The notes under the pieces were generated by a model that saw only the letters and a list, made by a program, of their open reading frames with translations, was not told where the DNA came from and ran no database searches. A program made the translations under genes and the position numbers. Source: Octopus sinensis (Eukaryota). Taken from it: a stretch of 64,000 nt of DNA. This document shows positions 13,216-25,780 of the stretch, piece by piece. The stretch lies in the NCBI RefSeq assembly GCF_006345805.1, contig NC_042998.1, positions 25,978,001 through 26,042,000 on the forward strand, written 5' to 3'. Within the stretch, counting starts at the first letter, position 1; each line of letters begins with the position of its first letter.

Positions 13216-13620
13216 AGAGTACTATATGAGTGAGATCGAGCAACAAGCTGGCCTCCATGCTGATGGCACGTTAAAAACACCATTCGTGTGTGATGGTTAC
13301 CTGCATCACCTTACTAGCACTTGTGCTGGTGGCTCAGGAAAAACATTCAAGTGAGGTCATTGCCAGTGCCACTGGACTGGCTCCTGTGCAGGTGGCACAT
13401 AAAAAGCACCATTTGAGCATGGCTGTTGCCAGTACTGCCTGACTGGCTGTCGTGCTGGTGGCATATAAAAGCACCCACTACACTCTCAGAGTGGTTGGCG
13501 TTAGGAAGGGCATCCAGCTGTAGAAACTCTGCCAGATCAGATTGGAGTCTTGAGTGGCCATCTGGTTCACCAGACTTCAGTGAAATCGTCCAACTCATGC
13601 TAGCATGATGATGATGATGT
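13215..13620 (+). mobile_element. Family C element
   Basis: modules, core GGCGTTAGGAAGGGCATCC, (GAT)n tail. Confidence 0.88.
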
Positions 13621-13844
13621 GGTGAAAAGTTCCTAGCTTTAAGGGTATTGCAGAAGGTCAGGTTGAAATCCTGATTTCTTTTACAGGACTTAGGAAAACC
13701 AAGCAACCGTTGTAATAGGCGTGTGAATCTGAGAGGGGAATACGTTGAATAAAAACATAAATAACTGATCCCCCTCTATTTTCTTTTACCCAAAACCGGG
13801 AACTTTTCAGCTCCTTCTCTCAGTATTGACTGTAAGGATATCTT

Positions 13845-14076
13845 ATTTCTTTATTGCCCACAAGGGGCTAAACATAGAGGGGACAAACAGGGACAGACAA
13901 ACGGATTAAGTCAATTATATCAACCCCAGTGCATAACTGGTACTTATTTAATCGACCCCAAAAGGATGAAAGACAAAGTCGACCTCGGCGGAATTTGAAC
14001 TCAGAACGTAACGGCAGATGAAATACGGCTACGCATTTCACCCGGCATGCTAACGTTTGTGCCAGCTTGCCGCCAT
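13845..14076 (-). mobile_element. Family B SINE with 15-bp TSD
   Basis: CTGTAAGGATATCTT at 13830-13844 and 14077-14091. Confidence 0.92.
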
Positions 14077-14367
14077 CTGTAAGGATATCTTAACTAGATT
14101 TCAGTCAAATCAGGATTAAACCAAACTAATTCTCTAAATCCTGCTCACTATGCTATTGTTATGTTGTCAATTAGAAGAAACAAATTCGACTTAAGCAATA
14201 AGGTAGTAATGTTAAACAACATTCATCACATGACCATTTGGTTGGAGTACATGACACTGCCATGCAAAATACATGCATGATCATTGTCATAAAACAATGA
14301 CACTAGAAAAATCAACACTGATGCATTTTGTTTTTATTAATGAAATATATAATGAAATTAAATATAT

Positions 14368-14830
14368 AGGCGCAGGAGTGGCTGTGTGGTAAGTAGCTTG
14401 CTTACCAACCACATGGTTCTGGGTTCAATCCCACTGCATGGCACCTTGGGCAAGTGTCTCCTACTATAGCCTTGGGCCAACCAAAGCCTTGTGAATAGAA
14501 TTGGTAGACGGACACTGAAAGGAGCCCGTCATCTATATATGTATATATGTGTGTGTGTGTGTCTGTGTCGGTGTTTGCGTTTGTGTGTCTGTGTTTGTAT
14601 GTATGAATGTGCATATGTTTGTGTGTCTGTGTTTGTCCCCGCAACCTCACTTGACAACCAATGCTGGTGTGTTTACGTCCCTGTAACTTAGCAGTTCAGC
14701 AAAAGAAACCGCTAGAATAAATACTAGGCTTACAAAGAATAAGTCCTGGGGTTGATTTGCTTGACTAAAGGCGGTGCTCCATCATGGCCACAGTGAAATG
14801 ACTGAAACAAGTAAAAGAGTAAAAAGAGAG
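14368..14830 (+). mobile_element. Family A tRNA-derived SINE (OR-like)
   Basis: head AGGCGCAGGAGTGGCTGTGTGGTAAG, B-box GGGTTCAATCCC, internal (TA)(TG), tail AAAAGAGTAAAAAGAG. Confidence 0.92.
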
Positions 14831-15271
14831 AGTATATTCTACAATCTGATTACCATTTTGTTGATCTTTTGCTTTATTTTTAATCGGATTTTAAGATTGG
14901 TCTTATGGTTTTCTTCAGTAATAAATAGCTAAAGAGCAAGAAAATGCTTGATCTTCAAAAAATGGCAGCTAAATACTCCTGAAATGATGCACTACAGTCG
15001 TTAAATATGGGTAGGACAGAGTGGTTAATGTAATTTGAGAATAACTATGTCTGAAAAGGCTGGATGGTCAAGGAAGTAACGTCTTTGATGTTAGGTCTGC
15101 TCAGTGAGAATTAAGATCATAAATGACAGTACAACTGAAAATAAGATAATGTAGTTGTTTTTGATCATAGTTACTATCCACCGATTCTGTGTAGCTTAAT
15201 TACACCCTTGTTCATGCCCCAACAAACATGGATAGAAGCAGGACACAAAACATTAATACTCTAACTATTGC

Positions 15272-15877
15272 TTAACCTTTTAGCATTTGAACTGGGTCAA
15301 AATATTTAGCATTTATCGGGCCAAAATATCCAACCCATTTTATATTGAAACTAGCACTATGACCCGACGTTGCCGGGTCATAGTGCTAGTGCATGCATAT
15401 ACAGCTGCGTGCATGCGCACACACACGCGGGTACTGTCCAAATCTCTGACCATTCACATACAGCTAGCTGGCATTCAATTGGCATATCAAGTTTCGGGCA
15501 TTTTGATTGGGTTTTGGATAGAAAATTCACAAAAAAGTCACTTCTATTGATTTTTTAATGGCTTTTCGGGGTGACTGGGGGAAATGTAAAGATGTGCACG
15601 ACCACCCTTGGACAGTTTTGAATAACCATAGAAAGTGCAAGCCCTCTAACTGAAAAATTGTGGATTTGTATAAAGGACATGCACACAGACATACATTTTG
15701 CCATTTATATATATTGAAGTTAGCCAAATCCAGCCTCACACATACCTTACAACATCATTCTACAAAATAAACAATTATTGAAATCTCGAAGCTATGAGAT
15801 AATGCATGATTAATTCAAAACAATGTGAATAAATAAGGATTACATTTGACAGAGTAACCTGAATAGCAAAGGGTTAA
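15272..15877. mobile_element. piggyBac-like MITE (TTAA ends) carrying a nested insert
   Basis: TTAACCTTTTAGCATT...GCAAAGGGTTAA; flanks match the uninterrupted 228-bp copy at 49747-49974. Confidence 0.8.
15350..15718 (+). mobile_element. Helitron/DINE-like non-autonomous element nested in MITE
   Basis: 5' ACTAG..ACCCG hairpin (17-bp perfect arms 15350-15366/15374-15390); 3' ACAGACATACATTTT..TTTATATATATTGA; absent from the 49747 copy. Confidence 0.6.
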
Positions 15878-16177
15878 TCTGAATGACATCATAACCTTCA
15901 GATAAATTTGCAAGTTTTCCTGATATGGAACAATATATCTAAACCTACACTGCAGACATACAAACGAGGTAAATTGAACTGCTTTTCCATAGATTTGGAA
16001 AAAAAATATTATAAACAACATCAGTCGGTTTTCAGCCATTATTGGGGTCCCATCAGAGGTGACTACAACACTTGACCAATCCCAGAGAAATGAGCAACCA
16101 ATCTGTTTATAGACACAACAAATCCTCCAGAGAACTGGAGTTTCTAATTTGCATACTATAAGTGCTTGATACATTAT

Positions 16178-16565
16178 TTAACCCCATCAGTCACTTTGTC
16201 TAATGTATCAGACAATTTTTCGACATAATTTACAAAAGAAATATAAATCATAATTAAGCTGAGTCATAATTACCAATTCATTAGACACCTCTAAAATGCA
16301 TAAATAACCAAGACCATGTGATTTTGATTCAGTATTTGCTCAAAAGTTATAAAGGACGGTTGTGTCTTCTCGTGAATCTCACAAATGTAAGTAAATTGGT
16401 ATTTTCTTACCTAGTGTTAGCAAAATTTTTATTTATCCATGCGAAAAATTAAAGACATTAAATATTGAATTCTTTAAAAATTTATTTAATTTGTGTTATT
16501 TTCCTGTATTTTGTTATGAATAAAAAAAATAGTTTTACTTTTTTATCAATGACTGAAGGGGTTAA
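16178..16565. mobile_element. piggyBac-like MITE
   Basis: TTAA-CCCCATCAGTCA ... TGACTGAAGGGG-TTAA terminal inverted repeats. Confidence 0.8.
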
Positions 16566-16638
16566 TATCAGCAGCAAATCAATGAAGATCCCAGTCCAAA
16601 CTGCATCAAGGTATGATATATATGTAAGCTATGTAAAC

Positions 16639-17070
16639 AGGTGTGGTGGTGTGGTAAGAAGCTTGCTTCCCAACCACATGGTTTCATGTTCAGTCCCCTT
16701 GCATAGCACCTTGGGCAAGTGTCTTCTACTATGTCCTCGAGCTGACCAAAGACTTGTGAATGGATTTGGTAGATGGAAACTGAAAGAAAACCCATCATAT
16801 TTATATATATATATATCTATATATATTAATATATGTGTATATATATTTGGTGTGTCTGTGGTTGTCCGCTCCACCACCATCACTTGACAATCGACATTGG
16901 TGTGTTTACATCCCTGTAACTTAGCAGTTTAGCAAAAGAGACTGATAGAATAGGTACTAGGCTTACAAAGAATAAGTCCTAGAGTTGATTTGTTTGACTA
17001 AAATCCTTTAAGGTAGTGCTCCAGCATGGCCACTGTCAAATGACTAAAACAAGTGAAAGAATAAAAGAAT
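16639..17070 (+). mobile_element. Family A SINE
   Basis: diverged head, CACCTTGGGCAAGTGTCTTCTACTAT, tail AAAGAATAAAAGAAT. Confidence 0.9.
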
Positions 17071-17270
17071 AACAGCCATACAAAGATGGCAAATTGAATC
17101 ATTTCTCTGTTAGGGAAAATGATGTGTAGCCCTAGTCTGTTTGGAACCCTTATTGGGGTACCTTTTGTCATATGTAATGTGTGTGTACGTGTACTCCAGT
17201 ATGTGTGTATATGCTTGTGCATTCGTATAACTCTGTGTATATAAGTATACACTGGTGTGGTAAGTATATA

Positions 17271-17762
17271 GGCGCAGGAGTGGCTGTGTGGTAAGATATA
17301 GGTGCAGGAGTGGCTGTATGATAAGATAAAGGTGCAGGAGTGGCTGTATGGTAAGATAAAGGCGCAGGAGTGGCTGTGTGGTAAGTAGCTTGTTTACCAG
17401 CCACATGGTTCCGGGTTCAATCCCACTGCGTGGCACCTTGGGCAAGTGTCTTCTACTATAGCCTCGGGCCGACCAATGCCTTGTGAATGGATTTGGCAGA
17501 CGGAAACTGAAAAGAAGCCCGTCGTATATATGTATATATGTATGTATATGCGTGTGTGTGTTTGCGTGTCTGTGTTTGTCCCCCTAGCATTGCTTGACAA
17601 CTGATGCTGGTGTGTTTATGTCCCCGTTACTTAGCGGTTCAGCAAAAGAGACCGATAGAATAAGTACTGGGCTTACAAAAGAATAAGTCCCGGGGTCGAG
17701 TTGCTCGATTAAAGGTGGTGCTCCAGCGTGGCCGCAGTCAAATGACTGAAACAAGTAAAAAA
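17271..17762 (+). mobile_element. Family A SINE with four tandem 30-bp head copies
   Basis: GG(C/T)GCAGGAGTGGCTGT at 17271, 17301, 17331, 17361. Confidence 0.92.
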
Positions 17763-18774
17763 GTATGTATCTCTGTGTGTTATAAGAGGTGACTAAAAGA
17801 GTTAGCAACAGAGTAAGCATCCAACCATTCAAAGACTATTAAGAGAAGCAGCATAACACAGAGCAGCAGCACAGAAAAGTGGATGCAAAAATGATGCTGA
17901 TGAAAAAAAAAAAAAAAGACACCCGTTTATAATTACCGAGGTATTTTATTTAGTAGGAAAGTACCACCGACCTGTGAGGCAATTAGTTTGGATGTTTCAA
18001 ATGGCTAATCAAGTATAAGCTTGATTTTATATTACTCTCTGCCAATGACACTACACTGGAATGAAAACAGTCAGCCATAATATAATTTTAATTTAAACAT
18101 AATTGTTAAATTGGGAAAAAAAAAAAAATGATGTATTTATTGGAAAATTCATTTATTATCAGTCTTCTAACATTCACACAAGAATATGCAAACACATAGT
18201 TTTATATATGTATATAGATATATATACCAACACATACGCATGTCACACCATGATTTTCATAATAATTAATAAAAGCAACAACCATTTTCATTTCATTGTA
18301 AATGTATGTCTATATCTTAATGAGAGACAAAATGGGAAAATCCCACAAGCACAACAAAAGTCTTTTACTTGACAAAAAAAGCTTCTTTCACTTTCAAAAA
18401 CAAGTCTTTAAATTGCCTCTGTTAAGTGTCTTTATTAATTCAATTCTTCATGCTAAAAGGACATTCATGAACATTCTAGAGAGGAATTGTTTTACACAAT
18501 TTCAAAATTCAATTATATTTTAACATAATTTTGTTATTTATTAATTCAAACCATTTATATTTTCTGGACTTAGTTTTATGAGTATACAATAAACTTTCAA
18601 TTTTTTTTTTTTTTAAATAAGCATTTTTCATATTGCTTATTTCTAAAGATTTTCTCAACTCATAAAGCTTTCATGGTTTAATTGATTTAAATAATACAGA
18701 TTTTTAAAAAATTATTTTAAAATTATTATTGTCAGGTATGCAGAAATCAGATATCATATGCATAGACTATCACA

Positions 18775-18885
18775 ATATCATCATCATCATCATCATCATC
18801 GTCATCATCATCATCATCATCATCATCGTCGTCGTCGTCGTCATCATCATCATCATCATCATCGTTGTCATCATCATCATTATCA
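18775..18885. repeat. (CAT)n microsatellite (tail of family C copy)
   Basis: direct inspection. Confidence 0.95.
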
Positions 18886-19065
18886 TTTAACATCCATTTT
18901 CCATTTTGGCATGGGTTGGATGCTTTGACAGGAGCTAGCCAACCAGAGAGCTGCACCAGGCACCAATTGTCTGCTTTGGCATGGTTTCTATGGTTGGATG
19001 CCTCTCCTAGTGCCAACCACTTTACAGAGTGTTCTGGATGCTTTTTACATGGCACCAGCACAGGT
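18885..19065 (-). mobile_element. Family C element, truncated
   Basis: TTTAACATCCATTTTCC, GGATGCCTCTCCTAGTGCCAACC. Confidence 0.82.
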
Positions 19066-19459
19066 ATATTTTAGACAATTAATATTTATTGTTGCAGTTT
19101 ATTCCCAGGTCAATTCTAATCCTGCAGAACTCTGCTCAAAATTATTCCAGTTATTTACCTCTCTGTCTTCTTATGTATCCAGAGACAACACTGGCCAACG
19201 TTTTCATCCATTCTTTTTTAAGATGGTAGTGTGCTGCTTAAGCAACTACAGAGAAACTTCTCTGTTGGTTTGCGTTATGATTGAAGTACAAATATCTTAC
19301 AGGACCACAAGCAAGAACACCCCCACTTTACATTGTTTTGGTACTCTAATTCCCCGTTTCATTATATTTTTGATGAATGACTGGGAGTTTATGTAGCTTG
19401 GTACTGAATAAATATCACAAGGAATGTTGTTACAGAATTTTGCTGGTGTTGTGTAACTA

Positions 19460-19780
19460 GCGCCCATGCCAGTGGCATGTAAAAAGTACCTTTAAAACGT
19501 TGGGCCTCATGGAGGTAATGACATATGACCAAAACTTTCGGTAATATGTCATGCTCGAGAAGAAGACCAATCAAGCCAAGGGAAATCATCACCATGGCAG
19601 AGACTGGTGTCACACAAGTGGCACCCGTGCACTCATTACACTCTCGGAGTGGTTGGCATTAGGAAGGGCATCCAGCCATAGAAACCATGCCAAATTAGAC
19701 TGGGGTCTGGTGCAGCCCCTCAGCTTGCCAGCCCTGGTCAAACCGTCCAACTCATGCCAGCATGGACAACAAGCTTTAGC
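19460..19780 (+). mobile_element. Family C variant
   Basis: GGCATTAGGAAGGGCATCCAGCC core; followed by (GAT)n. Confidence 0.82.
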
Positions 19781-19825
<45 letters not shown>

Positions 19826-19844
19826 CGATGATGATGATGATGTC

Positions 19845-19885
<41 letters not shown>

Positions 19886-19903
19886 CGATGATGATGATGA
19901 TGA
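19781..19903. repeat. (GAT)n microsatellite
   Basis: direct inspection. Confidence 0.96.
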
Positions 19904-19969
19904 CAAACCAAAAATAGCTGCTGTGGCTCTTTTTCCATCTCTTTCTTTCACTCTTTCTTTCTCTCGTTA

Positions 19970-20225
19970 TATATATATACATGTATATATTATATATATA
20001 TGTGTATGTACGTCTGTATGTCTGTATGATATGAATGTGTATGTGCATGCATGTGTGTATGTGTGTGTGTGTGTGTGCGTGCGTGTGTGTATCCAAACTA
20101 TGAAAGCAGAGAAGGAAGATGTAAAGTGCTGATGGTAATGATGATATATAATTGTGTATGTGCATGCGTGCGCACATGTACAAATGCATGCTTGTGTGTG
20201 TGAATGCACATGCATGTGTGTCTGT
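19970..20225. repeat. Mixed (TA)/(TG)/(TGCA) low-complexity tract
   Basis: direct inspection. Confidence 0.8.
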
Positions 20226-21596
20226 GTATTCAGACACTGCAATATTTATAACAATCTACATAAAGCTTGACTGGGACCTAACGCCTGCACGATGCAGAAA
20301 GCATTACGAGATACACAAGCGGCGGAAGATGTGAGAACTTAGTTTGACTTAAGAAAATGAAGTGAATAATTTCAGTAAGGAATTAATATACAACTCGTAA
20401 GTGGCAACATAAACGATTTACATCTTGCTCTTCTTTCATAGATATTTTGATTGATGGTAGAAATACATAACACTTGTGTGCAACCTTCATAAGCATTCAT
20501 GCATTAGTTTATGCATGTGTTTATTGAGAGAGGTGGGGGGTACTTAGAGCACGCATTCATTACTGCTATGTCAAGAATTAATTTAAACTGGCTTAACTTA
20601 ATACTTCAAACCTTGTAACCAGTGCAAACTAACAAAAGAGTATATGAAATATCATACGATATGGTATCCAGATAAGTTATAGTTTAATAGGGTATAATAT
20701 TGAGCATGGCATGATGGTATAAATGGTATTGTGTATTATGGTATCATGGAAAAGAATGATTTATTATGCTATATTTACTATGTTATGGCGCAGCATAGTG
20801 AGCTATCATTTTATTGACTTTGTGGAAGTCAATAATTCACTTGTTTTTTTATTCTTTCTGCTATCACGACAATGAATAATAAATAGGATATTAACCTACT
20901 TTATAGACATTATTCATTTAGTGCAGTGCTTTCCTAAAGTCTTAAAATATTTTTCAATATAAATGCTGTAGATTATATTAATCCAAAGGCATTTAAATCA
21001 CCAACTGACTTTTCTGCTTACATTTCATGTAAGTAAACGTTAAAGGAATTTAAATAAACAGAAGCAAAAATATAGATAAATAAATAAAAAAATCTTTATT
21101 GCATGACAAAAGAAATAATTTTACCCCAATAACAATAGACTTCCAACAAATCTATCTATTTCCCCAGCATTGTTGATTATAATAAGATTAATACTGATCC
21201 TACCTAGCATGTCTGCTAATTGTTAAGAGGTTTATAAAGACAGGTGAAGAAAAAAAAATGGGAAATAAATTATTCTTTAGTAATATTTTTTATGGTCCAT
21301 TTTTACTGTGATATTAAAGGTTGAAAGTTTCAGTATAATCATCGCTTACCACATTATCTCATGTACAATCATTTTATTTGTTATATGCAATCTCCCTAAA
21401 GTACTAACTACTATATTCTAAATTTTTATTAACACAAACCTACTCTGGTTACCTTGCAGTAATAGCCACTGATGTCCATATTGCTCTATGTACTTGTTAG
21501 AACAATATTATTTGATGTTTTAATTTCTAATCATGTGGTTAGTTTGCTTTTAACTGAAGTGTATTCTTTAGATTTGGGTAGGGAATAAGATGCAGA

Positions 21597-21597
<1 letters not shown>

Positions 21598-21648
<51 letters not shown>
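21598..21648. repeat. (AAT)n microsatellite
   Basis: direct inspection. Confidence 0.96.
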
Positions 21649-21651
<3 letters not shown>

Positions 21652-22832
21652 CTGGTCTATGTGTTATCCAATTTTAACATCTACTTGCCATATTTCACTA
21701 ACATTGTTTCATTGTAACACACATCTAATATACACTTTGAACAAACACAGTTTTGTACAAAGATAGAATTCATCTATTGTTAACAAGAACAGAATTGCTT
21801 TAATCTACTAGTCACTAGACATTCTGACATTCTTCACACATTTAGATTATAAATGATGGAAAGACAAAGATACAACAGATAAACAAAATACATAGAATAG
21901 AATAGAATTTCTAGCCTAAATCAATGTATCTGGAGACAAACTGATGGATTGATAAATATGCATAAAGTTATGTGCATAATTACTATTTAAAGGATCACTG
22001 TAGCTTTCTAATTAAGGTTGTAAAACATCACGAGATTAATCTGCTTGTAGTCTTAAGCCATCACATTATCATTAAGTTATTAAAATACTACTGTGCTACT
22101 ACATCAGAGGAATTTACGAAGCCATAATAAATATTTCATCTACATTTCCTTTTCTGTTGCAATTTACATTGAAATGAACATTTTGTTTCTTGTTCAATAG
22201 AAAATTTTTATTCTCATCTAAATATGAATCGAAAACAGACGTTTGTGTAGCATAATAAAATAATACTCAAAGCCATGAATCAGAATGAAATGCTATCAAA
22301 ATAAGTGCATTTGACATCATAATATATAGAGGAACCTTAATGAAACGATTAGAAGTATTAGCAAACAGGCTAAATATTGCGAAGGGCTTAAGAAATGCCA
22401 AGGTTCCAAGTGCACCATGTTTAGATCATTACTTTCATTTTTATACATATGTATATATTAATGCATATTTTAAGCATGAATTTATATGTCAAAGAATTGG
22501 TAGCAAAAAATAAATATATATTAGGATTGCTGGCACCGTTTTCATTCCTAAGCCAAAAATGTGTACTTATTTATCAGCCATCTAAAGTAGCTTGGTACAG
22601 AATAAAAATTATTACTCAGTTCAAGAACGAGGGTAAGTATCTATGATCCTTTCAAGTCTTTGATTACTCAGAGTTTCCTAGAAGAATTCCAGTGTCTAGT
22701 TTAAGGAATGTGAATTGTTCTCAGTACTTGACTGGTACTTTATACTGTCTACTTTATAAGGGAGAAAAGCAAAGTTAATTTTAACTGGATTTGAACTCAA
22801 GCAAACTTTTCTCCATTTCTTTGTCCTAGATA

Positions 22833-23258
22833 TACTCTTTTACTCTTTTACTCTTTTACTCTTTTACTTGTTTCAGTCATTTGACTGCGGCCATGCTGGA
22901 GCACCGCCTTTAGTCGAGCAAATCGACCCCGGGACTTATTCTTTGTAAGCCCAGTACTTATTCTATCGGTCTCTTTTGCCGAACCGCTAAGTGACGGTGA
23001 CGTAAACACACCAGCATCGGTTGTCAAGCAATGCTGGGAGGACAAACACAGACACACAAACCCACACACACACACACACATATATATATACATATATACG
23101 ACAGGCTTCTTTCAGTTTCCGTCTACCAAATCCACTCACAAGGCTTTGGTCAGCCTGAGGCTATAGCAGAAGACACTTGCCCAAGATGCCACGCAGTGGG
23201 ACTGAACCCGGAACCATGTGGTTGGTTAGCAAGCTACTTACCACACAGCCACTCCTGC
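22833..23258 (-). mobile_element. Family A SINE, young copy
   Basis: (TACTCTTT)n tail, CpG-rich body, head CCACACAGCCACTCCTGC. Confidence 0.93.
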
Positions 23259-23289
23259 TATATATTTTAATTATTCTATTTTTCTCTAG

Positions 23290-23490
23290 ACACAAGGCCC
23301 AAAATTTTGGGTGAGGGGGCCAGTCAATTAGATCGATCCCAGTAAAAATTGGTGCTTAATTTATCGACCCCATAAGGATGAAAGGCAAAGTCAACCTCAG
23401 TGGAATTTGAACTCAGTATGTAAAGATAGACAAAATACTACTAAACATTTCATTCAGCGAACTACTGATTCTGCCAGATCACTGCCTTAT
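23290..23490 (-). mobile_element. Family B variant
   Basis: GGATGAAAGGCAAAGTCAACCTCAGTGGAATTTGAACTC. Confidence 0.8.
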
Positions 23491-23509
23491 TTATTTTAGT
23501 TATTGATGC

Positions 23510-23681
23510 AGTCATGGTTGTGCGGTTAAGAATTTCTCTTTCTAACAACATGGTTCTGGGTTCAAAACCCACTGTGTGATTCCTTAGCAAGTGTCATCTA
23601 AATAGCCATGGGTTCATTGATATTTTGTGACAAAATAATTAAATGGGAGCTGTGTGAAAGCTCATCATATGTGTGTATGTG

Positions 23682-23700
<19 letters not shown>
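23510..23700 (+). mobile_element. Family A, degenerate 5' part followed by (TA)n
   Basis: CATGGTTCTGGGTTCAAAACCCACTGTGTG..CAAGTGTC. Confidence 0.6.
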
Positions 23701-23747
<47 letters not shown>

Positions 23748-24804
23748 ATATACATGTGTGTATCATTCATCGATGTATATTGATGCATAGCGGTGAAGGA
23801 TATAAACATTAGTATGAAAAATCAATAAAGCCGTACATTGTGAGTGAGGTCCCATGTGATTGTTTGTTCTGCAATGAGTTACAGATACTTCTTTGTCATT
23901 TTTGCTTTAAGAAATCCAGTGAACCAATGAATGGTTCTTTGGAAACCAGTAAGCAATGAAGCTATTGTTCACCATTTGCAATACAAAATAAATAAACAAA
24001 TAAAGAAGTGGTAGTGGCTGTAGGAATAATAAAACAAACAACCATATACGAGAGATCTTTAGTTTTTGTTGTCCTTTTCATTATCTGTTTTTGTTGTTTT
24101 TTCGTTAAGCTTTTAGCCATGGTGCAGACTGTTAATAACATGAACTTGAAAACAATGCAAAAATTATTCCTTTTAAAATTAATAAGATTAAATTTATATT
24201 GTCTCTGAGTTAGATGAAAACTACTACACACTCTTTCTCACACACATACAGAGAAAGTCTGACTGTCTGTCTCTATCTCCCTCCCTCCCTCCTCTCTGCT
24301 TGCCCCTCCCCTGCTTCTCTTTCTATTTCTTTACATACTTCCAGAAAGGATATCTCTTCATACACCTTGTATGAAAACCACTTGTTTTCACATTAAGCTT
24401 TTTAATGATTCCAAACAGGTCAAGTATAGACTTGTCTTGACATTGATTTGCCTGTTCCGTACAGTCTTATATAATGCTCATGTTATCAGTTAAATCTCAA
24501 GATTTCTAGTACAGATAATAAATACTTGGACGATATTGAATTTCCAGGACAACATTATTTAGAAATATCTTCAACCAACATCTTATCTCGGGGGACCTCC
24601 AGTGACAAACAGTACCATTCATTTATATTGCATTGCAAAATACTAAAAAGATACATTTGCATCTTGAAGGACTTTCTCTTCATGCATGGAATTTTTCAGA
24701 ATCTAGAGATACCTACACTTCTTTCTCTTTTAATGCTGTAATTTCTTTTCTGATAATACTCTCTATTATAAGCATTCCTTATTTGATAACATTTTAACAA
24801 TCTA

Positions 24805-25345
24805 TTGTGTCTGGGGAGAGTCATTTTCTTTTTGTGCCTTATAATGTAACACACTCACCGGTAAAATTTCCACTTATTTCTTATTTTTATTTTCCTAAAA
24901 TTTTCGTTGCGTCTTGCAACCTTTTCAATAGTTTTGACTCTGTCCGTAATTTACACTGCGTTCCCTTTTGTTTGTTTGTGCACATGTGTGTGAGTCAGTG
25001 TGTGTGTGTGTGTGTGCCTATGCATGCATGCATGTACGTATGTATGTATATGTGTGTTTGCATGTGTATGTATGTATATATGTGTGTGTATGCATATGTA
25101 TATAAGTATGTATGTGCATCTGTATGTACGTATCCTGCATATTTATGTGCTTGCATGTCCGTGTTTTCTAAAACGAAAATTTTAGAAAATACAAATAAGA
25201 AAAAAGTGGAAACTTTACCGGTGAGTGTGTTATATTATAAGGCACAAAAAGAAAATGACTCTGCCCAGACACAACAAAATATGCTTCAACACACGAACTC
25301 ATATAAAGAATCTTGCAAGCCAAATCCAAAAAACGAAATATTTTA
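24805..25345. mobile_element. Dispersed repeat as inverted pair (arms ~24805-24909 and ~25172-25274) around a (TG/TA) tract
   Basis: same repeat as 1806 and 33046. Confidence 0.85.
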
Positions 25346-25692
25346 ACAATCATTAATCATAAAAATCTCTGAAATAATTCAATTGAATACCATAAACTAT
25401 GGTTAATTATTTAATCTCCTGTCTGTGGAAATTTCCTCTGTATTTGAATGATGCTGTGACATGATATCAGAATTCTAGTGTTTTTAATTAGTTTTTAACT
25501 GACAGTCATTCAATTACTTGGTACATCTGATCAATTTAAAACATACATCTGATCAGTTTTAAAAAAGTCATATTGTGTGATGGAACATCTCATCTGTTAA
25601 CAATAACTAGCTTCTTGCAATAATCTTGAATGAAAATGTTCAGAATATTTCATATGTATGCGTGTATGTCTGTGTGTGTGAGTGTATACATA

Positions 25693-25738
<46 letters not shown>

Positions 25739-25780
25739 AATATATATATGCATACATAATTAATATATATATATATATAA

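Noticed and set aside
16331-16390. Neat 54-nt exon candidate (TTCAG...AAT|GTAAGT)
   Set aside because: It lies inside the TTAA-bounded MITE 16178-16565. The same MITE also yields a chance LRR-like KLSHN, a caution for the LRR hypothesis.
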